Assembly (NCBI GenBank): GCA_045837725.1
Contig: JBEWZL010000184.1
Coordinates: 186,001 to 250,000, forward strand
Length of the DNA stretch: 64,000 nucleotides
From: Vermamoeba vermiformis
Taxonomy: Eukaryota
Direction of reading: 5' to 3'
Both the position numbers and the translations under genes were made by a program. This document shows positions 13,410 through 25,708 of this stretch, one piece after another. Under the pieces are notes generated by a model, which saw only the letters and a list, made by a program, of their open reading frames with translations, had not been told where the DNA came from and made no database searches. The number at the start of each line of letters is the position of its first letter. Position 1 is the stretch's first letter.

Positions 13410-13736
13410 TCAGTTCTTCTTGGACTCGTCAACAATAGAAGTACTGGGCAAGCAGTAAGTATTGGTAGCACAATAATGTTATGCACGCACGTACATAAGT
13501 GGCATTTCTGGTGCTAACATGGGCACGCGATCCACCACGGATTGCAGTTCGGCGATGTTCTGATTGGCTGATGTTTGGTGCAGTGTTATTTGACGACGAA
13601 CAAAGCACGATTGAAGTGGTGGATTGCGAACAGTAGTGTTGTCTTCTGTTGTGACGACAAACGGATTTGACGATTGATAGAGCGCTGAAATTGGGTTTAT
13701 GGCGCTTTGGTTGTTATTGGAATTATTGTTTTGCAT
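13410..13736 (-). CDS. Small hypothetical protein (~91 aa, 2 coding exons)
   Basis: ORF MQNNNSNNNQ...; intron GTACGT...CCCAG (13494-13444) leads in frame to ITSIVDESKKN-stop; probable 5'UTR intron upstream. Confidence 0.45.
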
Positions 13737-14032
13737 CTATATGATAATAATAAATTAGATCTGGGGCGTTTGGATCCTTTGATAACAAAAAAACTAAATA
13801 ATTTATTTTAAAATTGATGCTTAGCGTTTCTGCAGTGTTCCATGCATTGTAAATAACAGTATGGATATTTTAACGTACTGTGCATATGCTAGCTGATTTG
13901 TGTTGTTGTATTGGGAGTAATTACGAAAATACCGCCAAAAGTAAAATGGCTTATTTGAATTATTTTATTTACAATATTGCGCCATTCGCAAAATTAATTC
14001 GCCTATTATACATGGTTAATATTTGTTTAAAA

Positions 14033-14260
14033 TTAGTGAGCGTTATTCAGCATCTGCTGTAATTGTTGTTGCGTGTAGCCGATGCGGTTATCTGCCGATG
14101 ATTTGAGCTTAGTTCGAGTTGTAATATTTTTAGAAGGGTCGTCTGCGTCTTCTTCTTGCAGTCCATTATTCGCGTGCTTGGATTTGACAGTCTGGAGCAA
14201 GTCTTCTACGTCGTCGCGATCTCCTTTGATTTCAATGCGAGTAGGTTTCCTTCGAAGCAT
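14033..14260 (-). CDS. CDC26: Anaphase-promoting complex subunit CDC26/APC12
   Basis: N-terminal MLRRKPTRIEIK..D signature; 75 aa. Confidence 0.85.
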   Translation of the reverse strand: MLRRKPTRIEIKGDRDDVEDLLQTVKSKHANNGLQEEDADDPSKNITTRTKLKSSADNRIGYTQQQLQQMLNNAH

Positions 14261-14385
14261 TATCTATATAATATAAGCTATTTGATTCTTATAGAGCTTT
14301 TGTGTATTATCACAAAGGGAGGCAATAAAATAATTAGCAAAATTTCCTCGGTCATTATTTTCAGCACCAAATCGATAAAATCACC

Positions 14386-14765
14386 ATGAATCAAGCAATA
14401 ATATTGTACAGAAACATATTAAAGAATATTAAGAAGCTGCCGCAAGAATCACGCAGCTATTATCGAAATCACACCAGATCTGTAAGCGAAACATTTCATG
14501 ATTAAACATCACGCCTCAAATATTTATTTTATTATTTCCAATAATTATTATTGAATATTTATGATTTATTTTGTAGCATTTCGTTGCTCATAAAGTCGAG
14601 GATGACCCAGAAAGAATTTCATTATTAATTAAAAAAGGCTATGACAGCATGACTTGGATTTTAAATAAAGTAAGTCCTTATTATATTATTATTACTATTT
14701 GGTAAATAATTATGATTACTAATCCGTTTGTTAAGTACCTCGGCAAACAAGGACCACGCACGTGA
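14386..14765 (+). CDS. LYRM9: LYR-motif protein (LYRM9-like); 3 exons
   Basis: MNQAIILYRNILKNIKKLP...YY...|HFVAHKVEDDPERISLLIKKGYDSMTWILNK|Y. Confidence 0.75.
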
Positions 14766-14912
14766 TGTCAAACGATCAATTATGTAATTAATACTGCACA
14801 ATAGCAACAGTCTAATACGACAATATCATATCAATATTAAGTCTTCAATGTACATACAGAATAAACGGCTGAAATAAGACAGATCTGGTGTCGAAAGAGG
14901 TTTGTTTTTATG

Positions 14913-15872
14913 TTACATTCGGCGCTGTTTATTGATTGGTTGATTTTCATCGTTAAATGCCGCTTGACTGGCAGTGCGTTTCTTATTTGAAGTTTGACCA
15001 CTTTGCGGCGCTAGAATATTGTTGCCCGTATTGGACAGTACTTGAGTTCGAACTTTTAGTACTTTAGCAGGGACTGGCTTCGAGACAGATAATTGTCGCG
15101 CGAGTAATTGTGATGAAGAGCGATTGGTCAGCGATGAGTGCTGTGATCGGTGATAGGGTCGATGATGATATGGGATAAACGGGCCTTTGATGGTTGTCCG
15201 AGGGGTGTTTGAAGATGTCGGTGTTGAATTGAATAGACTGTCAAAGGTCTCACGGTCCAATGCGTTTTTTGGTTGTTTTGTCGTGCTGTTAACTGGTACC
15301 ACGATCATGGGGCCATCGCCATCTTGTTTTTTGTGGCTTGTTACAGTGTTATGTGTTTGCTTCTTACTATCATGGCCTTCTTTGTTGTTTTGAGCTTTAT
15401 TGGTCTGCTCTGCGCGCATGTCAAGCAAAAGTTTGATGTCGCCTGTCTTTGCGGCTCGGTCTGTGGCTTCAGTTAGCGACTGGATCCGCTGTACAATCTG
15501 TTTGATGTCGTTATTAATGCCGACCACCTCCTTCTCGATAACACTGTCGAGGGGTTGTTTGTCTTGTGGAAGTAGCTCAAGTTCTTGAAGGTCTTGTCGG
15601 ATGTACTTGAGATTTTTGTGACAAATGACAAGCTCGTTGAAAACTTTTGCTTCGCTGCCAACTTTTTTGTATTTTTTGCGTATCAATGCAAGTTTTTCGT
15701 TCAGTTTTACTAACTGATGAAAGTTTGTGTAGTAGAAAACTGGTTTTAGATTGAAATGATCTTCAATTATTTTGATTTTATCGTTGTAACGAGGATTCCA
15801 GTCTTTTCGCACAGTAGCTCCTGTAGTTTTCTTCTTCTCGGTTTTGAGAGTAATGTACTCTATTCCAAGCAT
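14913..15872 (-). CDS. Hypothetical nuclear protein with coiled coil and C-terminal bipartite NLS-like motif (true start uncertain)
   Basis: 319-codon ORF; ends KKRTASQAAFNDENQPINKQRRM. Confidence 0.6.
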   Translation of the reverse strand: MLGIEYITLKTEKKKTTGATVRKDWNPRYNDKIKIIEDHFNLKPVFYYTNFHQLVKLNEKLALIRKKYKKVGSEAKVFNELVICHKNLKYIRQDLQELELLPQDKQPLDSVIEKEVVGINNDIKQIVQRIQSLTEATDRAAKTGDIKLLLDMRAEQTNKAQNNKEGHDSKKQTHNTVTSHKKQDGDGPMIVVPVNSTTKQPKNALDRETFDSLFNSTPTSSNTPRTTIKGPFIPYHHRPYHRSQHSSLTNRSSSQLLARQLSVSKPVPAKVLKVRTQVLSNTGNNILAPQSGQTSNKKRTASQAAFNDENQPINKQRRM

Positions 15873-16006
15873 TATTAATTATTATTTTAAGATTTTTGGC
15901 GCATTTTTGGTAATTTTGTCTTTGATTTTGGTACCTCAATTTACCTTCTGGTTCCGTATTAAAGACCATTGATTTTTTAGGATAATATTTTTCCATTATG
16001 TTTTTT

Positions 16007-16007
<1 letters not shown>

Positions 16008-16084
<77 letters not shown>
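16008..16084. repeat. Poly(dT) tract, 77 nt
   Basis: Uninterrupted T run between divergently transcribed genes. Confidence 0.95.
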
Positions 16085-16178
16085 CGCGCTGTGTTGCGCC
16101 ATTCTTGCAAAAATTATTTTTATTTCACAGCTAACTTGAAGCCTCGACCACAAGGCTACTAACGCACGCGCAACCACC

Positions 16179-17673
16179 ATGTCGCTGCGTACATTAAAGC
16201 TACAGACCCTTGGTCTGGTGATATGTGGCAGTGCGATATTGCTGATGCTCATATCATTTTTGGGGTTGCCTGATGACAGATCTTCGGTCGAGTACATCCA
16301 TCGTCCTATGCTCTCGACTATCAAAAATACAAGTTATAAGGATGATTCGGAGTGCGCACATACTAATCAAGGCAAATTCTTGATTGTAGACAATAAAGGT
16401 ACGTGTAAATAATTATTTTGAATTTATGTAGTAAATTGAGAAAGTGGCTTGAATGATTGTTAATATTTATAATTAACATATATTTTGATACTAAATAATT
16501 AATTTATTCCATATTTAAGGTATGGTGTGCCCTAGAGAAGAGATAAATTTGTTTGGATGTTGCAATAACACAAATACGGATCGCATGCCTTATTCTTGCG
16601 AGACTTGCGAGGAAAAATCATTTTGTTGCAGCGTATATGAATATTGCGTCTCTTGTTGCCTTAATCCAGTCGATGTAAGTTTCTAACCTCGTTCGATCCC
16701 GCTAAATTTATTTTGCCTTTGTATTGCTATGAAATCAAGTACCATCATTAACATAATATTATAGAATCAATTCCTTGAAAAAAGAAAAGACTCCTCGTTC
16801 AGAAAAACCCTTCCAAAAGGACAGATGTGGTTGTGGGCTCTCGAAGACGATTTTGAATTCTGTACTGCACAATGCCGCACCTCCTCGCGCACAGTGATCC
16901 ATCAGAACACATTCAAATCACCACTGAAACATTGTTACGGCCCTAGCGGACCTTCGCTTACAAATGACGGTGTAGATCGCACCGCTGAAAAACGAGAACG
17001 TGAAGTCGAGCAGAGCACGAAGAATAAGAAGGCACACACCGTGGTACATCACGACGACATTGATCAGAAGACCACTGAGCACTCGCAGTTCGAGCTCATG
17101 GACAAAGGTGGCAAGTCAAAAATTAACAACGACGCGAGTGACGCTAAAACTACGACTGTGGATCTGGTGCAAGACGGAGCTGGCCACGAGAACAAAGACG
17201 AAGAGGTCGTGGTGGAGAAGCAGAGTGTTGCCAGCGATGAAGTGCTCGATAAGATCTCAGAGGGCGTTAGGAACACTGATGACAAGCATGACACGCGCAG
17301 TGACACCAGTGCTGACACGATGAGCGACGAGTTCACGGAGATTTTAGCGCGATTGAAGCGCGTTGAAGAAGAGAAAAAGGCGCTGGAAGAAGAGAATAGA
17401 AGATTAAAAGATCGCGCTCACTCAGATGTTGACACGACTGGATCGAACCAGAAAATCACAAGCAGCTCTAAAGGTGACAATAGCGAGGTGGTCGTAGAAG
17501 CAGTGAGTCATGACATGGAACATCAATACGTCTACGATCAGAGCGTGCAGATCAACGGCAGTGCTAAGCGCAGTCCTGCGGTCAGCAGCAAGTTTATTCG
17601 CTTTAGTTATTATATGATGTACATTACAACCGCATTCTCTATTTGGCTCAGTTATTACTGGGATATGGTGTAA
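16179..17673 (+). CDS. SPRING1: SPRING1/C12orf49 (UPF0454)-like Cys-rich protein with long C-terminal extension; 3 exons
   Basis: N-terminal TM; C..TNQGK.LIVD..G.VC...GCC...YSC.TC...CC.VYEYCVSCCL.P...DDFEFC.AQCRTSS..V.HQN.F....HCYG. Confidence 0.85.
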
Positions 17674-17920
17674 TGACATTTGTTCGTCGGAGATCGAACT
17701 CGATCGGAATTTTGATCCGCTGTTTGTACAAATTGTAAATAAAGTCTACAACGTTTCCATAGTCAATATTATTATATTACATTAAATGTCATCAATGGAA
17801 TACAGGTATCTTGTTTATCGAAACTTTCTTGATTTTGTGTGACCAGTAATTTTTTAGTTGTTAATTTATCCCGCCGAGCTCACAGCGACTACAAGTAAAC
17901 AGTATTATTGATGTTTAATT

Positions 17921-20181
17921 ATGGACATACAAAGCTTGCTTAATAATAAGAAGAGGCGGCTCTCCGAAGGTGACTCACCGCCCACAAAGCGCCAAAAAAT
18001 GGACGAAGAAGTTTTTAGCGACGAAACGTTAGAAGAAGATGACGACAGCTTATCTCCTGATAATATGGTTCGTAGAAAATACTTAAAATTAATAAATATT
18101 AACAAGAGATTTTTACACACTTTTTTAATTAAACCTTCGGAGATGCAAACTTTAATTTACTTTGACACCGTGTCAAATGAATCTTTGTTGGCACCAATGA
18201 CTAATATTAATTATGCTCTAAATACAGAAATTCACCGACCCCTCAATCATTGCTGCGAGACTCGAAAACGACGAAGAAGTAGATCTGACCGGCATTGAAT
18301 ATTTAATGTTAAATGAAGAGCGGCTCATGCGCAGTAATATCAATTGGAATCGACTATGGAATGCTCTCAAGCACAATACTACGCTAAAGAGGCTCGACAC
18401 AGGCTTTTGTTATGGCCACAATATTTGTAACCCTATTGAGGACAGCCACTGCATCGAATTAGGCGAAGCTTTGAAAGAAAACAATACATTAGAGGAGTTA
18501 TATCTGGATTGGCATAGCTTCACTTCTGTGGGCGTGGGTTACATAGCTGAAGGATTGAAAGTCAACAAAAAACTTCATTCGTTAGTTTTGGCTACCAATG
18601 ACTTGGACTTCAGTGCATTCAAAGCACTTGGCGAAGCATTGGCAGTGAATACTGCGCTCAAGACACTCGATGTATCGCAGCTTGGCAGTATTGAAGGAGA
18701 TCCAGCTGATTTTTTGGTCTTCTGCGAGGCTCTGAAAACAAATACGACTCTGCAGCATTTAAATATGGATGAGTGTTGTCTTGATGAAGAAGTCGATGAT
18801 GCACTGCAAGAGGCTCTTAAAGTCAATCCGCGTCTTGAAGTTGACCAACCGACAATCCTTACAACACCTGGCCGTAAAAAGAAGAAGCAGAAAATCGATC
18901 AAGATGAAGCTAGTGCTGCTGATGAGGCCGGAGCTAAGGCGTCTAATGTCAATAGCATGGCAGAAGGAGCTAAGAGTGACGCTGAAGATCTGCAGTCGCC
19001 GTTCAGTGAACGATCCGCTCGTCGCGCCAAATTAACAGCCCGTGCTAATATTGCACCGCTGGTGGCTAAGAAGACTAGAAAGAAGCGCAAGAGTAACGAC
19101 ACTGCCAATAACGAAGTTAAAATTAGCGAAAGCGAAGCTAAAAATAGCAGCAACGAAATTAAGAACGAGGATCTGCCCGCCAAAGTCCAAAATGACGCTA
19201 ATAATAACGACGTTAAAGAACCTATCACTAAGAAGGCTAGGAACACTAAGACGGCTCTTAATAAGCAGCAGAACACTGTTAAGAGTTTTGGACTTCGACG
19301 AAAACAACGAAAAGCGAAGTTGTTTGCTCAAAGCATGATCAAGCCGTTGATGATTAGGAAAACAAGGAAGAGAAGAAAGAACGGCGAGAATACTAACGAA
19401 GAAGAGACGAGCAAGAGCGATAATATTGATAATAAGAGCCAAGCTAGTCCGACTAGACTGCAGCGAAGAGCGAAATTGCTTGCTGAAGCTAGTATAACGC
19501 CGCTAGTGCTCAAGAAGAGTAGGAAGAAGCGAATGGCGTTAGAAGAAGAGAATAACAACAATAAGAAGAGTTATTCGCGGAAAAATAACGGCATTAAAGA
19601 AGAGAAGGTGATGAAGCCGAGGAAATACATGAAGAAGCGAGAGAATAAGAGCGAAGACAAACAAATTAATAACGCGAACGTTCTTAATAAATAACAACAA
19701 TAATATCGAGATTAAAGTGCCTGAAAATCAACGAAAGGCGAAATATTTTGCTCGCGCCAATATTACGCCCTTAATGATTAGAAAGACGAGGAAAAAGAGG
19801 AAAGATGCAACAAAGGAGAGCAAAGAAGGCATTAATGAAGAGAATACTACGAAGAGTACTGAAAGGAGAGCGAAATTAGTGGCGCGAAAATCAATTAGGC
19901 CGCTAGTACTTAAAAAAACGAGAAAGAGACGAGAGAATAGCGAAGAAAAGGCTGAAAAGAGTAGCCCTATTAAAGAAAAGCGAGAAGTGAAGGTCCCGCG
20001 AGGTCCTGGTAGGCCGCCAAAGAAAAGAGGATTTAAGGGCGAATCCACATCCAGATCAAACCAAGAAACGAAGTCAAAGCAGATTATAGCGTTCAAACCC
20101 AAGAGACAAAGGCACAAATTTATACCTTATCAAGTTAAGCATAAAGAGCTACCTCGACGACGAACAAAGAATGAAAACTGA
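17921..20181 (+). CDS. RI/NLRC3-type LRR protein with basic repeats and AT-hook; frame break at ~19690
   Basis: Repeated (E)ALK.NTTL..L.L LRRs 18360-18840; five RRAK...PL..KKTRKKR repeats continue across the break; PGRPPKK AT-hook. Confidence 0.75.
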
Positions 20182-21450
20182 ATTTTGGACTTCTGATCGG
20201 ACGTATGTAGAATAAATCAACAATTGAGCGAAATGACGAATATTAATGTCTTGTTATTAGTTTACTATCGAGATTAATAATAATACGATTGCTGCATCGA
20301 TGTCTAATCGAAGATTTTGATCATTATTAACTCAAGTTGGATTTTACGTTAGATATCTTACTCAATAGCCTCTGGGATGATAGACCGGATATGAAGAGTC
20401 GTGCATGCATGTACACGAGCAACGGAACTAGCCACGCCACGTTTGACAAGTGTTTCCGCGCCTCCCAGTCGATTGACGATCGCTGTACCGTAGAGAAAGC
20501 CGTCATATAGTACTGATAATGACAATAACAATGCGATTAAATGCTTGTGAGATGTCGGCGAACCAGTACTGAAGTCCTTAAGAATGATTTGCTTTAGTAA
20601 ACGGTGGATCGGAGTTGTAACTCTTTCAATGCTCAGCTACACCTCAAATAGGACCTATTCCGTATTTATCGAGCTCTTGTCACATTCTGTAAACAATCTG
20701 TCCGTGTAAAGGTTTACGTGTATTTTCGACCAGTTCACTCACGGTGCTAATTATTATGATCTCGTTACCGCAGAAGAGAGCACAGCTCGTGCTTCCTAAT
20801 TCATATAATTCTTATATATACTTGTATGACTATCGAGAATAGGCTGGTAGCTTTGCCAAGCATGCAGCTTGGAGCTTCCTCAAGTTGGGCATGGAGGTAA
20901 TCCGTCTATAATTAGTCTGATTCCGATATTATTTTAGGCAACGTATAACCTCCAATCACATATAATTTAGCAGTTCGTATCAGTTGTTCTACAATTTTAA
21001 AAATTAATCGAATCTGCTTCTTTGTTCAATAACAGTTATTCCTCTTAATTTGAATAGTTGTGAATTCCATATTTTCTTTCCGTAAATATTTGTATGATCT
21101 TGCTTTAATTAATTCATTCATAACTTACCGGATGTATCTAAGTTACTTTCCAGCAGCCGATTTTGTGTTCGGCGCGTGAAATAATTGCTTTAACATTGTT
21201 TAATCGGTTAAATTTATTAATCACTCTGAAATCTGCCTTATAAGGCATTTAAAAGCTATTTTAAAATTCGATCTCGAATAATTTTTCCGCCTTTTACTCC
21301 CTACGAGGTGCATGGACAGGAACAATATTTTTTTGGCAGGTTCTTCGTAATCATTTAATACAGCACACAGGATTGCGACACCACACCTCGCCACAGTACA
21401 TCCGAGTTTTGTAATTCGACCTCAATTTCAAAACTGTTTCAGTTGCAGCA

Positions 21451-24400
21451 ATGTCCTCGACACCACTGTTGAGTCAAAGGACCCGTCGTCACTCAGTTGA
21501 TGCATTTACTAGTCCTCGCAGCGAGCACTTAACTGCTTCTGAGGCAGATTTAGGTCGCGAACGAGATCTTTCTCCGTTACGCAGTCCTTCAGATACTATT
21601 TATCCACCTAGACCATCAAGCGTAGACAATACACCTACTACTAAGAAGCGACGATTAACCTGGAGCACAGTTAAAAGCCACTTAAACAGGTCAGGTCCAA
21701 TTACGCTTCCAGACTCATGGAAAAATTCATCCTCCGATTCCATTTCAAAACGCAGCTCGGTACGTACTTTACGAATAATATTATTATAGTAGTGCATAGA
21801 ATCTCGCCTTTAACTTCATTCTGTTCCAATTCCAAACTTGTAAACTTTGCTCGATCTCCATGCAACTTGACTAATTATCCTATTTAGAGCTTTAAGATAT
21901 CATCCCATACAGACGTAAGTGTATTATAGCTATCATTCATTTTGTACTTAATTTGACGGTCTTTGAACCCAGTCCGGTACCGAGTCATTTTCCGAAGAAG
22001 AAATGGAGTCAATTGATGCGCTATTGGCTCAGTTAGTGTCTGAGAATCAAGGTAAGAGATTAGAGATTAAGGAATTGCTATCAGATTCATTTGACAAGAA
22101 TTAAGTAATTTGTGACTCACATCTGATTTATTACCTCATTTAGAAAAAGGCTTTGTCGACAACTTCTTATGGACCAGCAGCTATTTCATCGAGTCAGTAG
22201 CACTATTAGAACGTCTTATCGATTTGTATCCTTTATCAACCTAAAATTGAATTACTTTCTAATTGCGTTCTAGTATTTTTAGACCTTAACTCAACGGCTT
22301 AGGTACCACAGACCTGCAGGCGACATTGATGTGGCTTCGGAAATGGTTACGAGGTTCAGGTAAGTCAATTTATCAAATACTCTCAATCGAATTTTATACG
22401 TCTATATTTAGCGCTCGCATCTAACTTACTCGTGCCTAGACTCATCAATACGATTAAGAAAATGATCGACATGCAGTGTCATACATCAAATGAGACTTCA
22501 ATAACATGGCACAACAGACTTTTGGCATTTATCGACGAATTGAACAAAGGAAGCGAATCTGATCAGAGTTGCGCTGCACATTTGAAGCAGAGACTCGATG
22601 AGATTAAAGGAAGCACGAAGCCAGTGGAGAATAATGAAGTTCAGAAATCTCCTTCTCTGATTGGGGAAGCGAATCCAGGCAAGGCGGATGCAGTTGCTTA
22701 TGTTTCTAGCGAGAAGTTCAATATTATGCAAGACAGTGCTATTGACATAGCAGAACAGCTTACTTTAAGAGACTACGAAATGTTTCAAGCTATTTCTATT
22801 GAAGTGTTTCAGAAGAAACGATTCGAAAAAGAAATGGAAGATCTGACTTCACCTTTGGGCTTGTTTATTGCTAAGTTTAACGAGGTACCTTTCAAATTCT
22901 ATACTCCAATTAATAGACCTAATCTCGATATCAGATTTCCCTTTGGATTGGAACGCAGATCGTTTCTGCTTCAAACAGCGACGGAAACAAAGAGCTCATT
23001 GCGCGCTTCATCGAGATTATGCGCGAGCTCAGAAAGTTAAACAATTTCAATGCGGTTATGGCTTTCTACTCCGCACTTAATCTCGGCTCAGTCTCTGGAT
23101 TCGTAACCAGATGCTTTGCTGCTCTGCCGGATGATCTGGCGCAATTCTTTAATCAGATTAAAAAGTTGATGGACCACTCAATGAACTTCAAATCATACAG
23201 AGAGACACTCGAGATGGCTGAGCCTCCATGTATTCCTTATTTGGGTAAGTCGAAATAACCCGATAAATAATTCCGCAAATCGGTCATTTTCAGTTGAAAT
23301 CGATATTAATTTGCTTATTTAGGATTAATTATGCGTGATCTGATGCATCTCGAAGAACTTCCGTCAACAGAAGATAACATGATTAACTGGCACAAATTGT
23401 CACGTGTTGGCAAGACCCTTGCCCAGCTCGCAAAATTTCACAAGTCCCCCTATCAATTCGCGGCTATTCCTCACATTCAAAAGTTCTTGCGGAATATTCC
23501 CAAGTACAGCGTGATATTGAGCGAGAATCAGCTGTACACATTGTCCCGCGCCATCATCAACGACGAGGCTGATGCTAGCGAGGCCCTGTCCAGGATAGAC
23601 GCGCCTAAATTGATCCCCACGACCTCGGACACTAATCTGCACGAGGCCCACAGCGACCACGACATGTTGCCCGACAGAAATGCGTTGTTCTCTGTGCCGC
23701 CCTGGGTCATCAAACGTGAGGTGCGCGATGAAGACGGCAACAGAACGACATTTGAAGAGGTGATTGGCGAGCACACTGTGATCTGCATCTTCATGCGACA
23801 ATTTGCTTCGTAAGCAGTTAGACATCCTGGTGTAAATGATAGGAAATTTACTTACAATTGTTTTTTTTGAATTAGCCCGCCAAAGTCTGCCTCAACGTTA
23901 AGTCAGATCAAGCCATTTTTGAACGAGTTAGGTGTTAAACTCATTGCCATTGGCAGTGGGAACGCTAATTCAGCGGCTGGATTTAAAATTCAAGCCGGTT
24001 TTGGTACGTGGAGTCACATCCAGCTTCGAATCCACAATTACTAACCATGAATCTCCAGAGGGCGAGCTCTTCTTCGATGAGGCACTCCATCTTATAGAGG
24101 ACTTTAAGGTCAAGCGCGGTTGGAACAAAGCTCAAGGCAGAAGAAATTTGAATCGCTCAAAAATCGCCTCTATTCTTGGATGCGACGAAAATGAGGGCTT
24201 AGGCGACGTAAAGTAAGTCGGACATAGCACTATAATATCTTCTTTATTGACACTATGCTTAATAGTCAACTTGGCGGTACATTCTTGTTACGCGGAGAAA
24301 AGATCTTGTTCGAACATTTGGAGCAGTTCGCGGGCGACAATGTGGACCCCATTCAGATCTTAAGGAAAGCAGGTGCTGGTCAAGAACTGCTTGATCGTAT

Positions 24401-24725
24401 TGGCCTCGATACCCCCAAGTTCAACGCCGGTACTGCTGATGTTTCGAAAACTGAAAAGAAGATCCAAAAACTCGAAGAAAAGCTGTCGCGCTTACGTTCA
24501 AAGTCGTCTACTGCCTCTGATAGCGCCAAACAACAGACTAGCGACAATGCAGGCATTGCTACGATTAAGAAGGCTATCGTCAATCTGAAGGCGAGTTTTG
24601 GTAAGGCAAAGTCTGCATCGCCTGAAATTAAGCGCATTAGAGACCAGCATAAAGAAGCGATGATTCAAATCAAATTGGAATATTACAAGAAAAAATTAGA
24701 TGCCGAGCAACACATCTACCAGTAG
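21451..24725 (+). CDS. RasGEF (REM + CDC25 domain) fused to a C-terminal AhpC/TSA-2 (PRXL2-like) thioredoxin-fold domain; multi-exon
   Basis: REM FVDNFLWTSSYF..LLERLIDLY; CDC25 DIAEQLTL.DY, LNNFNAVMA, NFKSYRETL..PPCIPYLG, INWHKL; then VICIFMRQF, LGVKLIAIG, QLGGTFL, HLEQFAGD. Confidence 0.85.
22226..22302 (+). other. U12-type (minor spliceosome) GT-AG intron
   Basis: 5' site GTATCCTTT; branch CCTTAAC at 22284-22290, 12 nt from the 3' end; removal restores ...LIDL|YHR. Confidence 0.85.
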
Positions 24726-25075
24726 AGAGTTGTTGCGACCTGGAAAACATAACATGTAAATAGGTGTACAATAAAATGGTTAATATAGCCTTGTTGGAAG
24801 ATCGGGAGATCAATTTGCTGGCAGATCGAGCGCGGAGTGACGGCAGTGCTGTGGTTTTGATTACTACAGTATCAGCATCAAGAATGATGTCTGATTATAC
24901 GGAACTTATAATATTGCAAATAAGGCGCTGAATGGTGCTACACAACTGTCTTCTCAGCGGAGTTGAAATTTCTTAATTCGGAGTTTGTTGGTGTGATTGG
25001 TGTGACACGATTGCAAGTCATTTTTATTCCAACTTTGATAACGAATACAACACAAAGTATATTTTGATCGTCATA

Positions 25076-25485
25076 ATGTCAACGACAACTCAACAAGCAT
25101 CGACAACCAACCGAGATGTGTTCAACACCGGTGGTTATTCTACCGAGCCTAACACCGTTGCTTTGAAACGAAAACCTAATTGGGCCCTAGTTACACCAGC
25201 TCTTGCAGGTAGCACTACTGCATTAAGTAAGTATATTCGACTATAAGTTGATTTTTAAATTAATTATTGGTGATCTCACTCGTTCACTGAACAGCTTGGA
25301 TCATTACACGTAAATATGCACCGAAGAAGACCGGTCTTATAGTAGGCACTGTCATTGCCGGATTCGCAATTCATGCCATAGCAACTATGTACGCGTTCCG
25401 ATCCCTTATTTTCTTAATTTGTACATATTTCTGACCGTTATAATTTAGGGGCTACGCCACATCTAATGAAAATACTAGCAAATAA
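25076..25485 (+). CDS. Small 2-TM hypothetical protein; 3 exons
   Basis: MSTTTQQ...KPNWALVTPALAG...|WIITRKYAPKKTGLIVGTVIAGFAIHAIATM|GYATSNENTSK with canonical introns. Confidence 0.6.
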
Positions 25486-25708
25486 TTGTATTTAAATAAA
25501 TTTGTAATATTCTACGACAAAACAGACGATCCTTAGACATCTAGCTTCTATTACGTTACAAGCCAATATTTTGGCTTATTTTCAGAAACTTAACGATATT
25601 CTTTCGACTATTATCGATATTCAAACAGCTCTATATTTAATACAAGAATTTATTGTGGATCCAGAGTCTATGAACAGATCATCCTATTTACTTGCGAGCA
25701 CACTATAA

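Noticed and set aside
15778-16324. Poly-lysine ORFs
   Set aside because: Artefacts of translating the poly(T) tract
20200-21400. Possible minus-strand exon (~20363-20576) in the 1.2-kb gap
   Set aside because: Adjacent frames contain several stops and no coherent gene model or motif could be built
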